DNA of 64,000 bases from NCBI GenBank assembly GCA_013178285.1, contig JABLXD010000022.1:3802-67801 (forward strand). The letters are read 5' to 3'. Shown here in pieces: positions 8,913-16,918 of the stretch. The position numbers and the translations under genes are program-made. Origin of the DNA: Methanofastidiosum sp. (GTDB lineage: Archaea; Methanobacteriota_B; Thermococci; Methanofastidiosales; Methanofastidiosaceae). Below the pieces are notes generated by a model. That model was given only the letters and a program-made list of their open reading frames with translations, was not told the origin of the DNA and made no database searches. Each line of letters opens with the position of its first letter. The stretch's first letter is position 1.

Positions 8913-11696
8913 ATGTTCAAAATGCCATCTAATGATTTTTATAGGAGATCCTCTGAAGAAATAATTTTGGAACTGTCGACTTCCCAAGAAAAAGGATTAA
9001 CATCTATAGAAGCCAAAAAACGTTTGGCCCTCTATGGAAACAATGAATTGGAATCAAAGATTAAAATCCCTTTATGGCTATTACTTTTATCCCAATTCAG
9101 GGAATTATTCGTAATAATATTAGTTATAGGCGCCCTAATCTCTATTTTGATTGGAAGTTATAGAAATGGGATAATCATCTTCGTTATAGTTATTGTAAAT
9201 GCAATAATAGGATTTGTCCAGGAATATCGGGCAAATAAAATTATAGAAAAATTGAAGAGCTTTGTTAAATCCCGTGCAAAAGTTATCCGAGATGGAGTTT
9301 TGGTGGAAGTTTCTCAAGTGGAACTTGTGCCAGGAGATATTATCAAATTAGAAGAAGGGGACAAAGTCCCAGCAGACATAAGAATTATCCAATGCTCTGA
9401 TTTTAGGACAAATGAATTTGCGCTGACAGGCGAATCTCTTCCTCAAACAAAGAATGAAGATCTTATTGTAGAGGAAGTAGGAATTGCAGATAGAAAAAAT
9501 ATGGCCTATGCAGGTACTACTGTAGCTTCAGGGAACTCAATAGGCGTTATCATTGCAACAGGGATGAAAACTGAAACGGGAAAAATAGCATATTTAACTG
9601 AAGAAACTAGTGATGTTCAAACTCCGTTACAGAAAGAACTTCGAATACTAGCACGAGAATTAACTATTATTGCCATTATCATATCTATTGGTCTTTTCAC
9701 TTTAGGGATATTACAGGAATTCTCCATATATATGAGCTTGGTATATGCGTTAGGTGTTGCAATGTCAGTTGTGCCGCAGGCCTTGCCTGCTCAAGTAACT
9801 GTAGCACTGTCAAATGGCAGCAACTACCTTGCAAACAGAAAAGCAGTAGTAAAATCTCTGCCTGCAGTAGAAACACTTGGTTCAACGACAGTTATCTGTA
9901 CCGATAAAACAGGTACTCTTACAAAAAATGAAATGACTGTAAGATCGATCTGGTTCAATGGCGAAGAATATAAAATGTCTGGCCTGGGTTATCGGCCAGA
10001 AGGGGAGATTTTAGACAATGAAGGTAAATCCCCTGCTAAAGAAGAGATAGAAGGGATAAAAAAAATCCTAAGAGCGGGATCTGTAGCATCTAATGCAGAG
10101 ATACATCCACCTGACAAAGAACACAATGAATGGTATCCCATTGGCGATCCAACTGAAGCGGCACTTATTACTGCAGCGACTAAAACGGGTATTGATTGTA
10201 AAGAGTATAATAAAGAATTCCCTGAAATACAAGAGTTTTCTTTTACTTCAGAAAGAAAGAGGATGGGATCAATAAGAAAAGAAGAATCAGGCCATGTACT
10301 GTACGTTAAAGGGTCGGTTGGCAGTATCCTCTCTATAAGTAAATACATCCACCTCAATGGTAAGGACATACCTTTGACGGAGGAGCACATTTCCAACATA
10401 AAAAAAGTAAATGAATTTTATGCTGAGAATTCAATGAGGGTGCTAGCCTTAGGTCACAAGTCATTAGAGTATAAAGGAGAATGTCTAGCCGAAGAAGCTG
10501 AAAAAGACGTTACTTTTCTGGGGCTTGTAGCAATGATGGATCCGCCAAAGGAAGGTGTGAGACAAGCTATATCCGATGCAAAAAAAGCCCATATAAAAAT
10601 CTTTATTTTAACAGGGGACCACGCACTTACTGCTGAGGCTATAGGAAAAGAGATAGGCATTTCTGAAGACGACGAAATTCCCATCATAACTGGAAAAGAA
10701 TTGAAAGAATTAAACGATGAAAAATTAATTGAATTTATTAAAGGTAAGTGGTCAATTATTTTTTCAAGGGTAGATCCAGAAGATAAAGTAAGAGTTGTCA
10801 AAATATTGGAAGGCCAGGGAGAAATTGTTGCCGTTACCGGGGATGGAGTAAATGATGCGCCAGCGCTAAAGAGGGCCCATATCGGGGTTGCGATGGGTCT
10901 TAAAGGTACTGAAGTCACTAAAGAGGCATCAGATGTTGTATTGCTAGATGATAACTTTGCCACATTAGTAGATGCAGTGAAAGGAGGCCGAACTATTTAC
11001 AATAACTTGAAAAAAACATTTTTTGCAACTATGACTACAAACGGTGGCCAATTGGCATTAGTTTTACTAGGTCTTTTAGCAGCGGCTCTTTGGGATTATC
11101 CGATACCAATACTTGCGGTGCAAATACTTGCAATAGATCTTCTTGGTGAGATAATGCCTCTGGCCTTCCTTACTTTTGACCCTCCTGATCCAGATATTAT
11201 GACTAAACCCCCTCGAAATCCTAATGAGCATATATTCCATAAAAGGTCCGGCATGGAAGTTATATTCTTGGGGATCTTGATAGGGGCCCTTGCTTTTATG
11301 AACTTCTTTTTATTTATGGGTAGAGAGGGAATAATACTAACAATGGAAAGTCTTGATAGTATTTTTTACTTCAAGGCGACGACAATAAGTTACTGCACAA
11401 TTGTTTATTGCCAGTTTGTTAACATATTAGAAAGAAGATATTGGCACACATCCATTTTTAGTTGGAATTTCTTTTCCAATAAGTTATTGTTAGGTTCTAT
11501 AGTTGCTTCAATGTGCTTAGTATTCACGGCTATATATGTCCCTTTAATTAGTAATCTATTATCATTTGGAGGCATAACTATAGTAGATTGGGGTTACATT
11601 ATCTCTTCAGCGGCGATATACCTAATTGTGTTTGAAGTGTTAAAGTTTATTAAAAGATTAGAATTTAAGAAAAAATTGGCTCCTGTAGTTAATTAA
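8913..11696 (+). CDS. P2-type cation-transporting ATPase
   Basis: TGES, DKTGTLT, DPPK, TGDH, TGDGVNDAPALK motifs; about 10 TM segments. Confidence 0.93.
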   Translation: MFKMPSNDFYRRSSEEIILELSTSQEKGLTSIEAKKRLALYGNNELESKIKIPLWLLLLSQFRELFVIILVIGALISILIGSYRNGIIIFVIVIVNAIIGFVQEYRANKIIEKLKSFVKSRAKVIRDGVLVEVSQVELVPGDIIKLEEGDKVPADIRIIQCSDFRTNEFALTGESLPQTKNEDLIVEEVGIADRKNMAYAGTTVASGNSIGVIIATGMKTETGKIAYLTEETSDVQTPLQKELRILARELTIIAIIISIGLFTLGILQEFSIYMSLVYALGVAMSVVPQALPAQVTVALSNGSNYLANRKAVVKSLPAVETLGSTTVICTDKTGTLTKNEMTVRSIWFNGEEYKMSGLGYRPEGEILDNEGKSPAKEEIEGIKKILRAGSVASNAEIHPPDKEHNEWYPIGDPTEAALITAATKTGIDCKEYNKEFPEIQEFSFTSERKRMGSIRKEESGHVLYVKGSVGSILSISKYIHLNGKDIPLTEEHISNIKKVNEFYAENSMRVLALGHKSLEYKGECLAEEAEKDVTFLGLVAMMDPPKEGVRQAISDAKKAHIKIFILTGDHALTAEAIGKEIGISEDDEIPIITGKELKELNDEKLIEFIKGKWSIIFSRVDPEDKVRVVKILEGQGEIVAVTGDGVNDAPALKRAHIGVAMGLKGTEVTKEASDVVLLDDNFATLVDAVKGGRTIYNNLKKTFFATMTTNGGQLALVLLGLLAAALWDYPIPILAVQILAIDLLGEIMPLAFLTFDPPDPDIMTKPPRNPNEHIFHKRSGMEVIFLGILIGALAFMNFFLFMGREGIILTMESLDSIFYFKATTISYCTIVYCQFVNILERRYWHTSIFSWNFFSNKLLLGSIVASMCLVFTAIYVPLISNLLSFGGITIVDWGYIISSAAIYLIVFEVLKFIKRLEFKKKLAPVVN

Positions 11697-12106
11697 TTCA
11701 GATAATATCCTGCCCCAACGACATACAACTTGCCCTTGTGGATAACGCTCTTTACAAATGAAATCTTCTCTGAATCGATATTTTCTCCAGGCCTCTTCCA
11801 TAGGTAAGGCTCTGACCAGCCTTCGCCTTTAGGACTATCTGCTATCTTCATTATCATCTCTGTTATGTTTGTATCCCTTGCGTCTGTCATGTCTGTGATT
11901 TCTATATCCTCCCCCATATTATCTGGAGGGAATACAAGCCTTGTAATCCTTTTGCCTTTCACTATCCAGACAAAAACATAAATATCGCCATATAGGAATC
12001 TTCCCTCTGTTCTAAACATAGGGAAGGCATCCTCGCCTTGGTTTTCAACAAAGAATGCGGCCTCTCTAACTAAGGATTCAATATCTTTAGCAATATCTTT
12101 TGGCAT
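11693..12106 (-). CDS. Stand-alone single-Cache domain protein
   Basis: FxxGDIYVFVW, GEGWxxxYxWxRP, KISFVK...VGAGYY pattern; paralog of 13697-14173. Confidence 0.75.
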   Translation of the reverse strand: MPKDIAKDIESLVREAAFFVENQGEDAFPMFRTEGRFLYGDIYVFVWIVKGKRITRLVFPPDNMGEDIEITDMTDARDTNITEMIMKIADSPKGEGWSEPYLWKRPGENIDSEKISFVKSVIHKGKLYVVGAGYYLN

Positions 12107-12168
12107 ATTATCACTAATTATAGAATGGTATTCTAAGTTAAATATCTTTTTAGTTAGTTTTTTAAGGG

Positions 12169-12480
12169 TTAGGATCGTGCATAAAGAACCTCTGAGCTTT
12201 CTATGGCTTGATCTCTAAAATATCTACTAATATCGTTTGGGGTTCTCAAATCAACTTTGCGCCCTTCAAGAAGAGAAGATATTTCTTCTTCCATTTTTAA
12301 TATTTTAAAAATACCTGGGGTCAGTCCTTCTTCAAATTCCACCAATAGATCGATGTCACTCTCAGAATTAAATCTATCAGTAAGGGCAGATCCAAAAAGA
12401 GACATTTTCTTGATATGATTCTCTTTACAAAATTTAGTGAGTTTTTTAGTAGGTATTAAATCATTAATTCTGGAGTTCAT
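12169..12480 (-). CDS. MntA-type nucleotidyltransferase, HEPN partner absent
   Basis: FGSALTDRFNSESDIDLLVEF; RKVDLRT. Confidence 0.85.
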   Translation of the reverse strand: MNSRINDLIPTKKLTKFCKENHIKKMSLFGSALTDRFNSESDIDLLVEFEEGLTPGIFKILKMEEEISSLLEGRKVDLRTPNDISRYFRDQAIESSEVLYARS

Positions 12481-12548
12481 AAAAAATATTATGAAACTCT
12501 AATATAAATCTTTTATTGATATTTATCCTGATGAGTGATATCTATTCT

Positions 12549-12815
12549 CTAATCAACATCGCAGTATGCCAAAAATGGGCATTGTGATGTATAACATCTG
12601 CTCTTTGCAACTCTCCTGAAGTTTGAAAGAAAACACCACAATGGCCTCTTTGTTTTTGGTATGTAATCCTTATTTTCTTCTATTATCTCTTCTTCAATTG
12701 TGGTCAAGTCATCCTTCATCCTGTAAAAAACATGCACTTTCTCAGATCTAAAGCTATACATACAATAGCCTTCCATCTTTTCTCCTTCAACTTCAATGTA
12801 GTCCAATTCCTCCAT
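12549..12815 (-). CDS. Small hypothetical protein with C-terminal Cys cluster
   Basis: GGAGAT SD then ATG (MEELDY); ends RCYTSQCPFLAYCDVD. Confidence 0.5.
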   Translation of the reverse strand: MEELDYIEVEGEKMEGYCMYSFRSEKVHVFYRMKDDLTTIEEEIIEENKDYIPKTKRPLWCFLSNFRRVAKSRCYTSQCPFLAYCDVD

Positions 12816-13060
12816 AACATCTCCTAGCAAGAATTATATGATTATATCGGTATTTATAGATTTGTCTAACTATTATTGATAAAAGAGTTTTTTATTTCTA
12901 ATAGTATGGTATTTAAGATATTTGAAGATTTAAAATTGGCATTTATGGCATATTGCAATATACTAATGCGCATATAAAGAATTTTTTAAGATTTAGATTT
13001 TACATAAGAGAGAAAAATCATTTAGTTAGTTTTTTAAATTATAATACTTATATCTTATTT

Positions 13061-13357
13061 ATGAAAACAAAAGGGCAGATCCTAAAAGTGTTAAAAGAAG
13101 AACTCCCATATTTAAAACAAAGATACGGAGCTTCTAATATCGGACTCTTTGGATCTTATTCTAGAGATGAGCAGACTGAACACAGTGATATTGACTTACT
13201 TGTCGATTTTGAGAAGCCCATTGATTATTTTAATCTTTTTGAGATGGAAGATTACTTAAAAGAAAAGTTCGGTATCGACGTTGAGATAGTAACAAGGCCT
13301 GCATTAAAAGAAAGAATAAAAAATAGAATCCTAAAGGAAGTATCTTATGTCTCTTAG
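13061..13357 (+). CDS. MntA antitoxin
   Basis: Start MKTKGQ at 13061; FGSYSRDEQTEHSDIDLLV. Confidence 0.9.
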   Translation: MKTKGQILKVLKEELPYLKQRYGASNIGLFGSYSRDEQTEHSDIDLLVDFEKPIDYFNLFEMEDYLKEKFGIDVEIVTRPALKERIKNRILKEVSYVS

Positions 13358-13688
13358 AGACGAAAAACTTTACATTGATGATATTCTAGAAGCAATCTAT
13401 AAAATTGAAGAGTATATACAAGATATTGATTTTGAAGATTTTAGTTCTGATAGGAAATCAGTTGACGCAGTAATCCGAAATCTAGAGATAATTGGGGAAG
13501 CGACTAAAAATATTTCGGAAGATTTCAAAAGAAGACATACCGAGGTAAATTGGAAAGACCCTACAAGGATGAGGGATAGACTCATTCATGCTTATTTTGG
13601 AGTGGATTTAGGAATTGTTTGGGAAACAATAAAGTTTAGAATCCCAGAATTAAAAGGGCAGATTGAAAAAATAAATGAAAATATTTAA
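13347..13688 (+). CDS. HEPN (DUF86/HepT) toxin
   Basis: RDRLIH (RxxxxH); RNLEIIGEA. Confidence 0.9.
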   Translation: MSLRDEKLYIDDILEAIYKIEEYIQDIDFEDFSSDRKSVDAVIRNLEIIGEATKNISEDFKRRHTEVNWKDPTRMRDRLIHAYFGVDLGIVWETIKFRIPELKGQIEKINENI

Positions 13689-13696
13689 GATAAAAA

Positions 13697-14173
13697 TTAA
13701 TTTAGGTAGTAGCCTCCACCTAGAATGTATGTTGTATCCCCATAGACAACTTTCTTTATGTATGTAACTTTCTTCTCAATCTTTTTGTCTGCTGGGTTTG
13801 TCCTGAGGTATTCTCCAGACCAGCCTTCGCCTTTTTCGCTGTTTGCTATAGTCACAAACATGTTCGTAATGGAAACATTGTTGTCGTCCTTATAGTCTGA
13901 GACATCAGTGCCTTCTTGAGACAAATCTGGTGGGAAAACTATTCTAGTGATCTTGTCCCCTTCAACCTTCCAGACAAATATATAGAAGTCATCTGTGTAA
14001 AACTTTCCTTTTTCTCTTATCTGTGGAAAAGCTTCTTCACCCTTCTCTTGGACTAGAATGGCAGCTTCTCTTACTAAATTTGAAACTTTCTCTGGCCTTT
14101 CATCTGCTCCCTGCCCGATACAGCCAGAAAGTAGAAATGTCAGAACTAATAAAATAGCTATATATTTCTTCAA
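13697..14173 (-). CDS. Cache-domain lipoprotein
   Basis: Lipobox LSGC; GEGWSGEY, GGGYYLN; paralog of 11693-12106. Confidence 0.75.
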   Translation of the reverse strand: MKKYIAILLVLTFLLSGCIGQGADERPEKVSNLVREAAILVQEKGEEAFPQIREKGKFYTDDFYIFVWKVEGDKITRIVFPPDLSQEGTDVSDYKDDNNVSITNMFVTIANSEKGEGWSGEYLRTNPADKKIEKKVTYIKKVVYGDTTYILGGGYYLN

Positions 14174-14240
14174 TTTATCACGTCCAATTAATGTTTTTAA
14201 TTGGATTTTAAAAAATTAACGATTAAATAAATAAGAAAAG

Positions 14241-14289
14241 AAGAAAAAGATTAAAAAATTAAAGATTCTTTTTCTTTATTTTGATTTAT
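14241..14289. repeat. R1: copy of the surface-gene 3' end plus terminator
   Basis: AAGAAAAAGATTAAAAAATTAAAGATTCTTTTTCTTTATTTTGAT, matching 35844-35888. Confidence 0.85.
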
Positions 14290-14384
14290 GTCACCTATGC
14301 GGATATTATTCATAAGAATGATAATTAATTTATCGTTGAGAATAGATTTATAAATTTAGTAATCAAAATAAATATGGTGAAAGA

Positions 14385-14648
14385 TTGGAAGTTGAAATCA
14401 TTGAAATGAAATCAAAGGGGCAAATATCTATTCCTTCTGAGTTTAGAGACGATATTAAAGAAGGAGATAAGCTTATTATTATAAAAAATGATGACCAATT
14501 AATTCTTAAAAAGGCAGATTTTATTAAAGGGCTTGAAGAAGATCTCATATTTGCTAAAAGAACTGAAGGAGCCTTCAAAAAATATCAAAAGGGTAAATTT
14601 GTAGAGATGGATTTTGACGAATTTATGGAAGAAGCTAGCAAATGGTAA
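14385..14648 (+). CDS. AbrB/MazE-family antitoxin
   Basis: SKGQISIPSEFR...IKEGDKL swapped-hairpin motif; TTG start. Confidence 0.85.
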   Translation: MEVEIIEMKSKGQISIPSEFRDDIKEGDKLIIIKNDDQLILKKADFIKGLEEDLIFAKRTEGAFKKYQKGKFVEMDFDEFMEEASKW

Positions 14649-14890
14649 AAGTAAAATTTCACCCTTCTTTTAAGAAAATATTTTCTAAAATAAAAGACAA
14701 ATCCCTCAAAGAAAGAATTCTAAAACAAATTATTAAAATAAAAGATAATCCAGAATTCGGGAAACCTATGAAATATGCAAGGAAGGGTACAAGAGAGATA
14801 TACGTTGCCCCATATAGATTATCATATATCTATGATGAAAATGAAGCTACAATAATTCTTTTGGATCTATATCACAAAGACGATCAGTAA
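14642..14890 (+). CDS. RelE/ParE-family toxin
   Basis: 82 aa basic protein, NPEFGKPM...YRLSY; overlaps the antitoxin stop. Confidence 0.8.
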   Translation: MVKVKFHPSFKKIFSKIKDKSLKERILKQIIKIKDNPEFGKPMKYARKGTREIYVAPYRLSYIYDENEATIILLDLYHKDDQ

Positions 14891-14910
14891 AAATGTAAAT
14901 TATAAGAAAG

Positions 14911-14987
14911 AAGAAAAAGATTAAAAATAAAATATTAAAGATTCTTTTTCTTTATTTTGATCGATGATGGTGGTAGTCCACCTTTGT
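14911..14987. repeat. R2: longest copy of the surface-gene 3' end (encodes KGGLPPSSIKIKKKNL*)
   Basis: 14935-14987 matches 35862-35914 at 48/53 nt. Confidence 0.9.
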
Positions 14988-15017
14988 CATAACATTATAA
15001 AAGATATCGATTTTTTA

Positions 15018-15280
15018 TTATTTATTATAGGCCTTTTTTCTTGGGCGAATATAAAGAATAGTTATTTCTTTATTATGGAAATCAACATAAAAAATATTCT
15101 ATAATTACTAATTCTAGCACGATAAGTATTTGCCCGTCCCTTCAACTTAGATATATCGTACATGTTTGGGTAATAGGTAATTTCTAGGGTATCTATAAAC
15201 TCTACAATCTTTATTTTTACATTATTCTGAATTTTTTCTAACTGACTTTCTGCCCTTGGTAAAACTTTGACTTTAAACAT
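15018..15280 (-). pseudogene. RelE-family toxin frameshifted in a T6 run
   Basis: MFKVKV...YRARISNYRIF, then a shifted frame gives YVDFHNKEITILYIRPRKKAYNK* (stop 15018-15020). Confidence 0.8.
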
Positions 15281-15489
15281 TAGTACCCTAGACCTTTTTT
15301 TACATCGGCCCAATTTTTTGCTTTTCCAGAAACCATTTCTTTGTAGGACTTGTCAAGTTCCTCAATCTCATCTTCATCTGGCTCTTCTTCTTTCACTAGA
15401 GCATATTTGATTTCATCTAGTTCTTCTTTTATTAGAACTATCTCATTGTATATTTTTTCCAGTAATTCTGACCCTTCAGTAGTTACCAT
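15280..15489 (-). CDS. Antitoxin partner of RelE
   Basis: Acidic 69 aa protein ending ...GKAKNWADVKKGLGY; TAATG overlap with the toxin. Confidence 0.7.
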   Translation of the reverse strand: MVTTEGSELLEKIYNEIVLIKEELDEIKYALVKEEEPDEDEIEELDKSYKEMVSGKAKNWADVKKGLGY

Positions 15490-15557
15490 ATACTTCCTCT
15501 CAAATTATAGAACACCTTATACTATTTAATTATAACTATCAAATAATAGAAAAGAAG

Positions 15558-15611
15558 AGAAAAAGATTAAAAATAAAATATTAAAGATTCTTTTTCTTTA
15601 TCTTGATTTAT
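15558..15611. repeat. R3: copy of the surface-gene 3' end plus terminator
   Basis: AGAAAAAGATTAAAAATAAAATATTAAAGATTCTTTTTCTTTATCTTGAT; shares a 6-nt loop insertion with R2. Confidence 0.85.
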
Positions 15612-15625
15612 TGCATCTATAAAGA

Positions 15626-16402
15626 CTAAAGCTTCCAGTTTCTTAAATCTAGAATTCTCTGGTAATCTGGCTTATTTGGGGTTGTTTTTTCTTGTAAAAT
15701 TCCAATATTGTAGTAAAGGTGGCTCAACAGATTTAATAGGCTACCAGAAAGTTTGTATGGTGAGTTAAACTCAAAATCAGTGTCGACTGTTACAAGACCT
15801 TCATACTTTGTAGGGTGCAAAAACCACCCATGGTAGGCCTCTTCCCTGGTGAGGCTTAGCGCCATCTTCCCAAATATCTCCCTCATCTTTAAAGCCGCCA
15901 TTGAAGCTATCGGGTGTTTATTTAATGATGCTATGAATATTATGGCACTATAGTTTAGCTCATTTAATAGAAGTTTGTCTTCAAAGGGCGGATTTAATTT
16001 AACTCTATCAAGGAGGTATATCATGCCCGCGTATGTCGTGACGTTGTAAAAAGGCGGCTCCTTTTCTGCAGGTAAAGTTATGCATTTCGAAGAGTATTCT
16101 TTAGATGGGGCGTTGGGGTTGCAGGTTAAAAGAACTGCATCAGTAAAGTGTTTTGTAACCTCAATAGAGTCCTTGCCACCAGAGGCAGAGATAACACAGA
16201 CCTTTTGGTCTTTTGGTAGCCTCTTTATCTCTTCAGCCCTAAATACAGTTCCATTGAAACGCATGGCGTAAAGCCTTGCTATATGAAATGCATTTCCATT
16301 ACCTATAAATGCCCTGCCGGTAAGATCAGGGAGTTCTATCCCCTCATTATCTATCTTTTCGATTATTTCAGGTATTTTTGCAACATATCTGTTTAGGGTC
16401 AT
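15626..16402 (-). CDS. SIS-domain sugar isomerase (PGI/PMI-like)
   Basis: GNGNA, VISASGG (SIS phosphate-binding loop), EEAYHG; adjacent to a PMM remnant. Confidence 0.6.
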   Translation of the reverse strand: MTLNRYVAKIPEIIEKIDNEGIELPDLTGRAFIGNGNAFHIARLYAMRFNGTVFRAEEIKRLPKDQKVCVISASGGKDSIEVTKHFTDAVLLTCNPNAPSKEYSSKCITLPAEKEPPFYNVTTYAGMIYLLDRVKLNPPFEDKLLLNELNYSAIIFIASLNKHPIASMAALKMREIFGKMALSLTREEAYHGWFLHPTKYEGLVTVDTDFEFNSPYKLSGSLLNLLSHLYYNIGILQEKTTPNKPDYQRILDLRNWKL

Positions 16403-16750
16403 CTATTCCTCACCAATAATTCTTTTTACATCTTTCAAAATATAATCAAGAGTTTCTTCATCAGAGGCTTCTGCAGTGATCCGTAAAAGGGGTTCAGTGT
16501 TTGATGGCCTGACATTTACCCACCAATTATTATCTGAAATAGTAATTCCGTCTATTTCTTCTACATTTTTACCTTTAAATAATTTTTTGAGTTCTTTTAT
16601 CTTCTCTGAGCCTATTCTGCTATCTATCCCAACTGCTATTTCGTTATATGACTTACCTAAGGCCCTTCCAAGGCTATATGCAAACTCTTCATATATCTGA
16701 TCTGGATAAATACCTCTAATATCGTAAGCTTTGAACGGCATCTTTACCAA
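16403..16750 (-). pseudogene. Phosphomannomutase/phosphoglucomutase with a large in-frame internal deletion
   Basis: N-terminal FKAYDIRG...GIDSR joined directly to C-terminal IDG...WWVNVRPSNTEPLLR; catalytic Ser and DxDxD motifs missing. Confidence 0.85.
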
Positions 16751-16769
16751 CTAACTTCTCTAGTTAGGT

Positions 16770-16825
16770 GTTTCCCTATATATAAGAATATGGAAAAAGA
16801 TAGGGAAAATAGGGAAAAAATTTAA
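16770..16825 (-). repeat. Dispersed CCCTATTTT repeat module, copy B
   Basis: Reverse complement reads TTTTCCCTATTTTCCCTATCTTTTTCCATATTCTTATATATAGGGAAAC, upstream of the PMM start. Confidence 0.8.
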
Positions 16826-16918
16826 TCTAGATAGCCAAGATTATAATAATTTATACATATACAAATATATTTAAGTTTCAATTAGATTATTATGTAAAAT
16901 CTTTAGGACATGGACTAG

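Noticed and set aside
14241-15611. R1-R3 as a CRISPR array
   Set aside because: Intervening segments are ~600 bp and contain whole genes, the repeats vary in length, and there are no cas genes.
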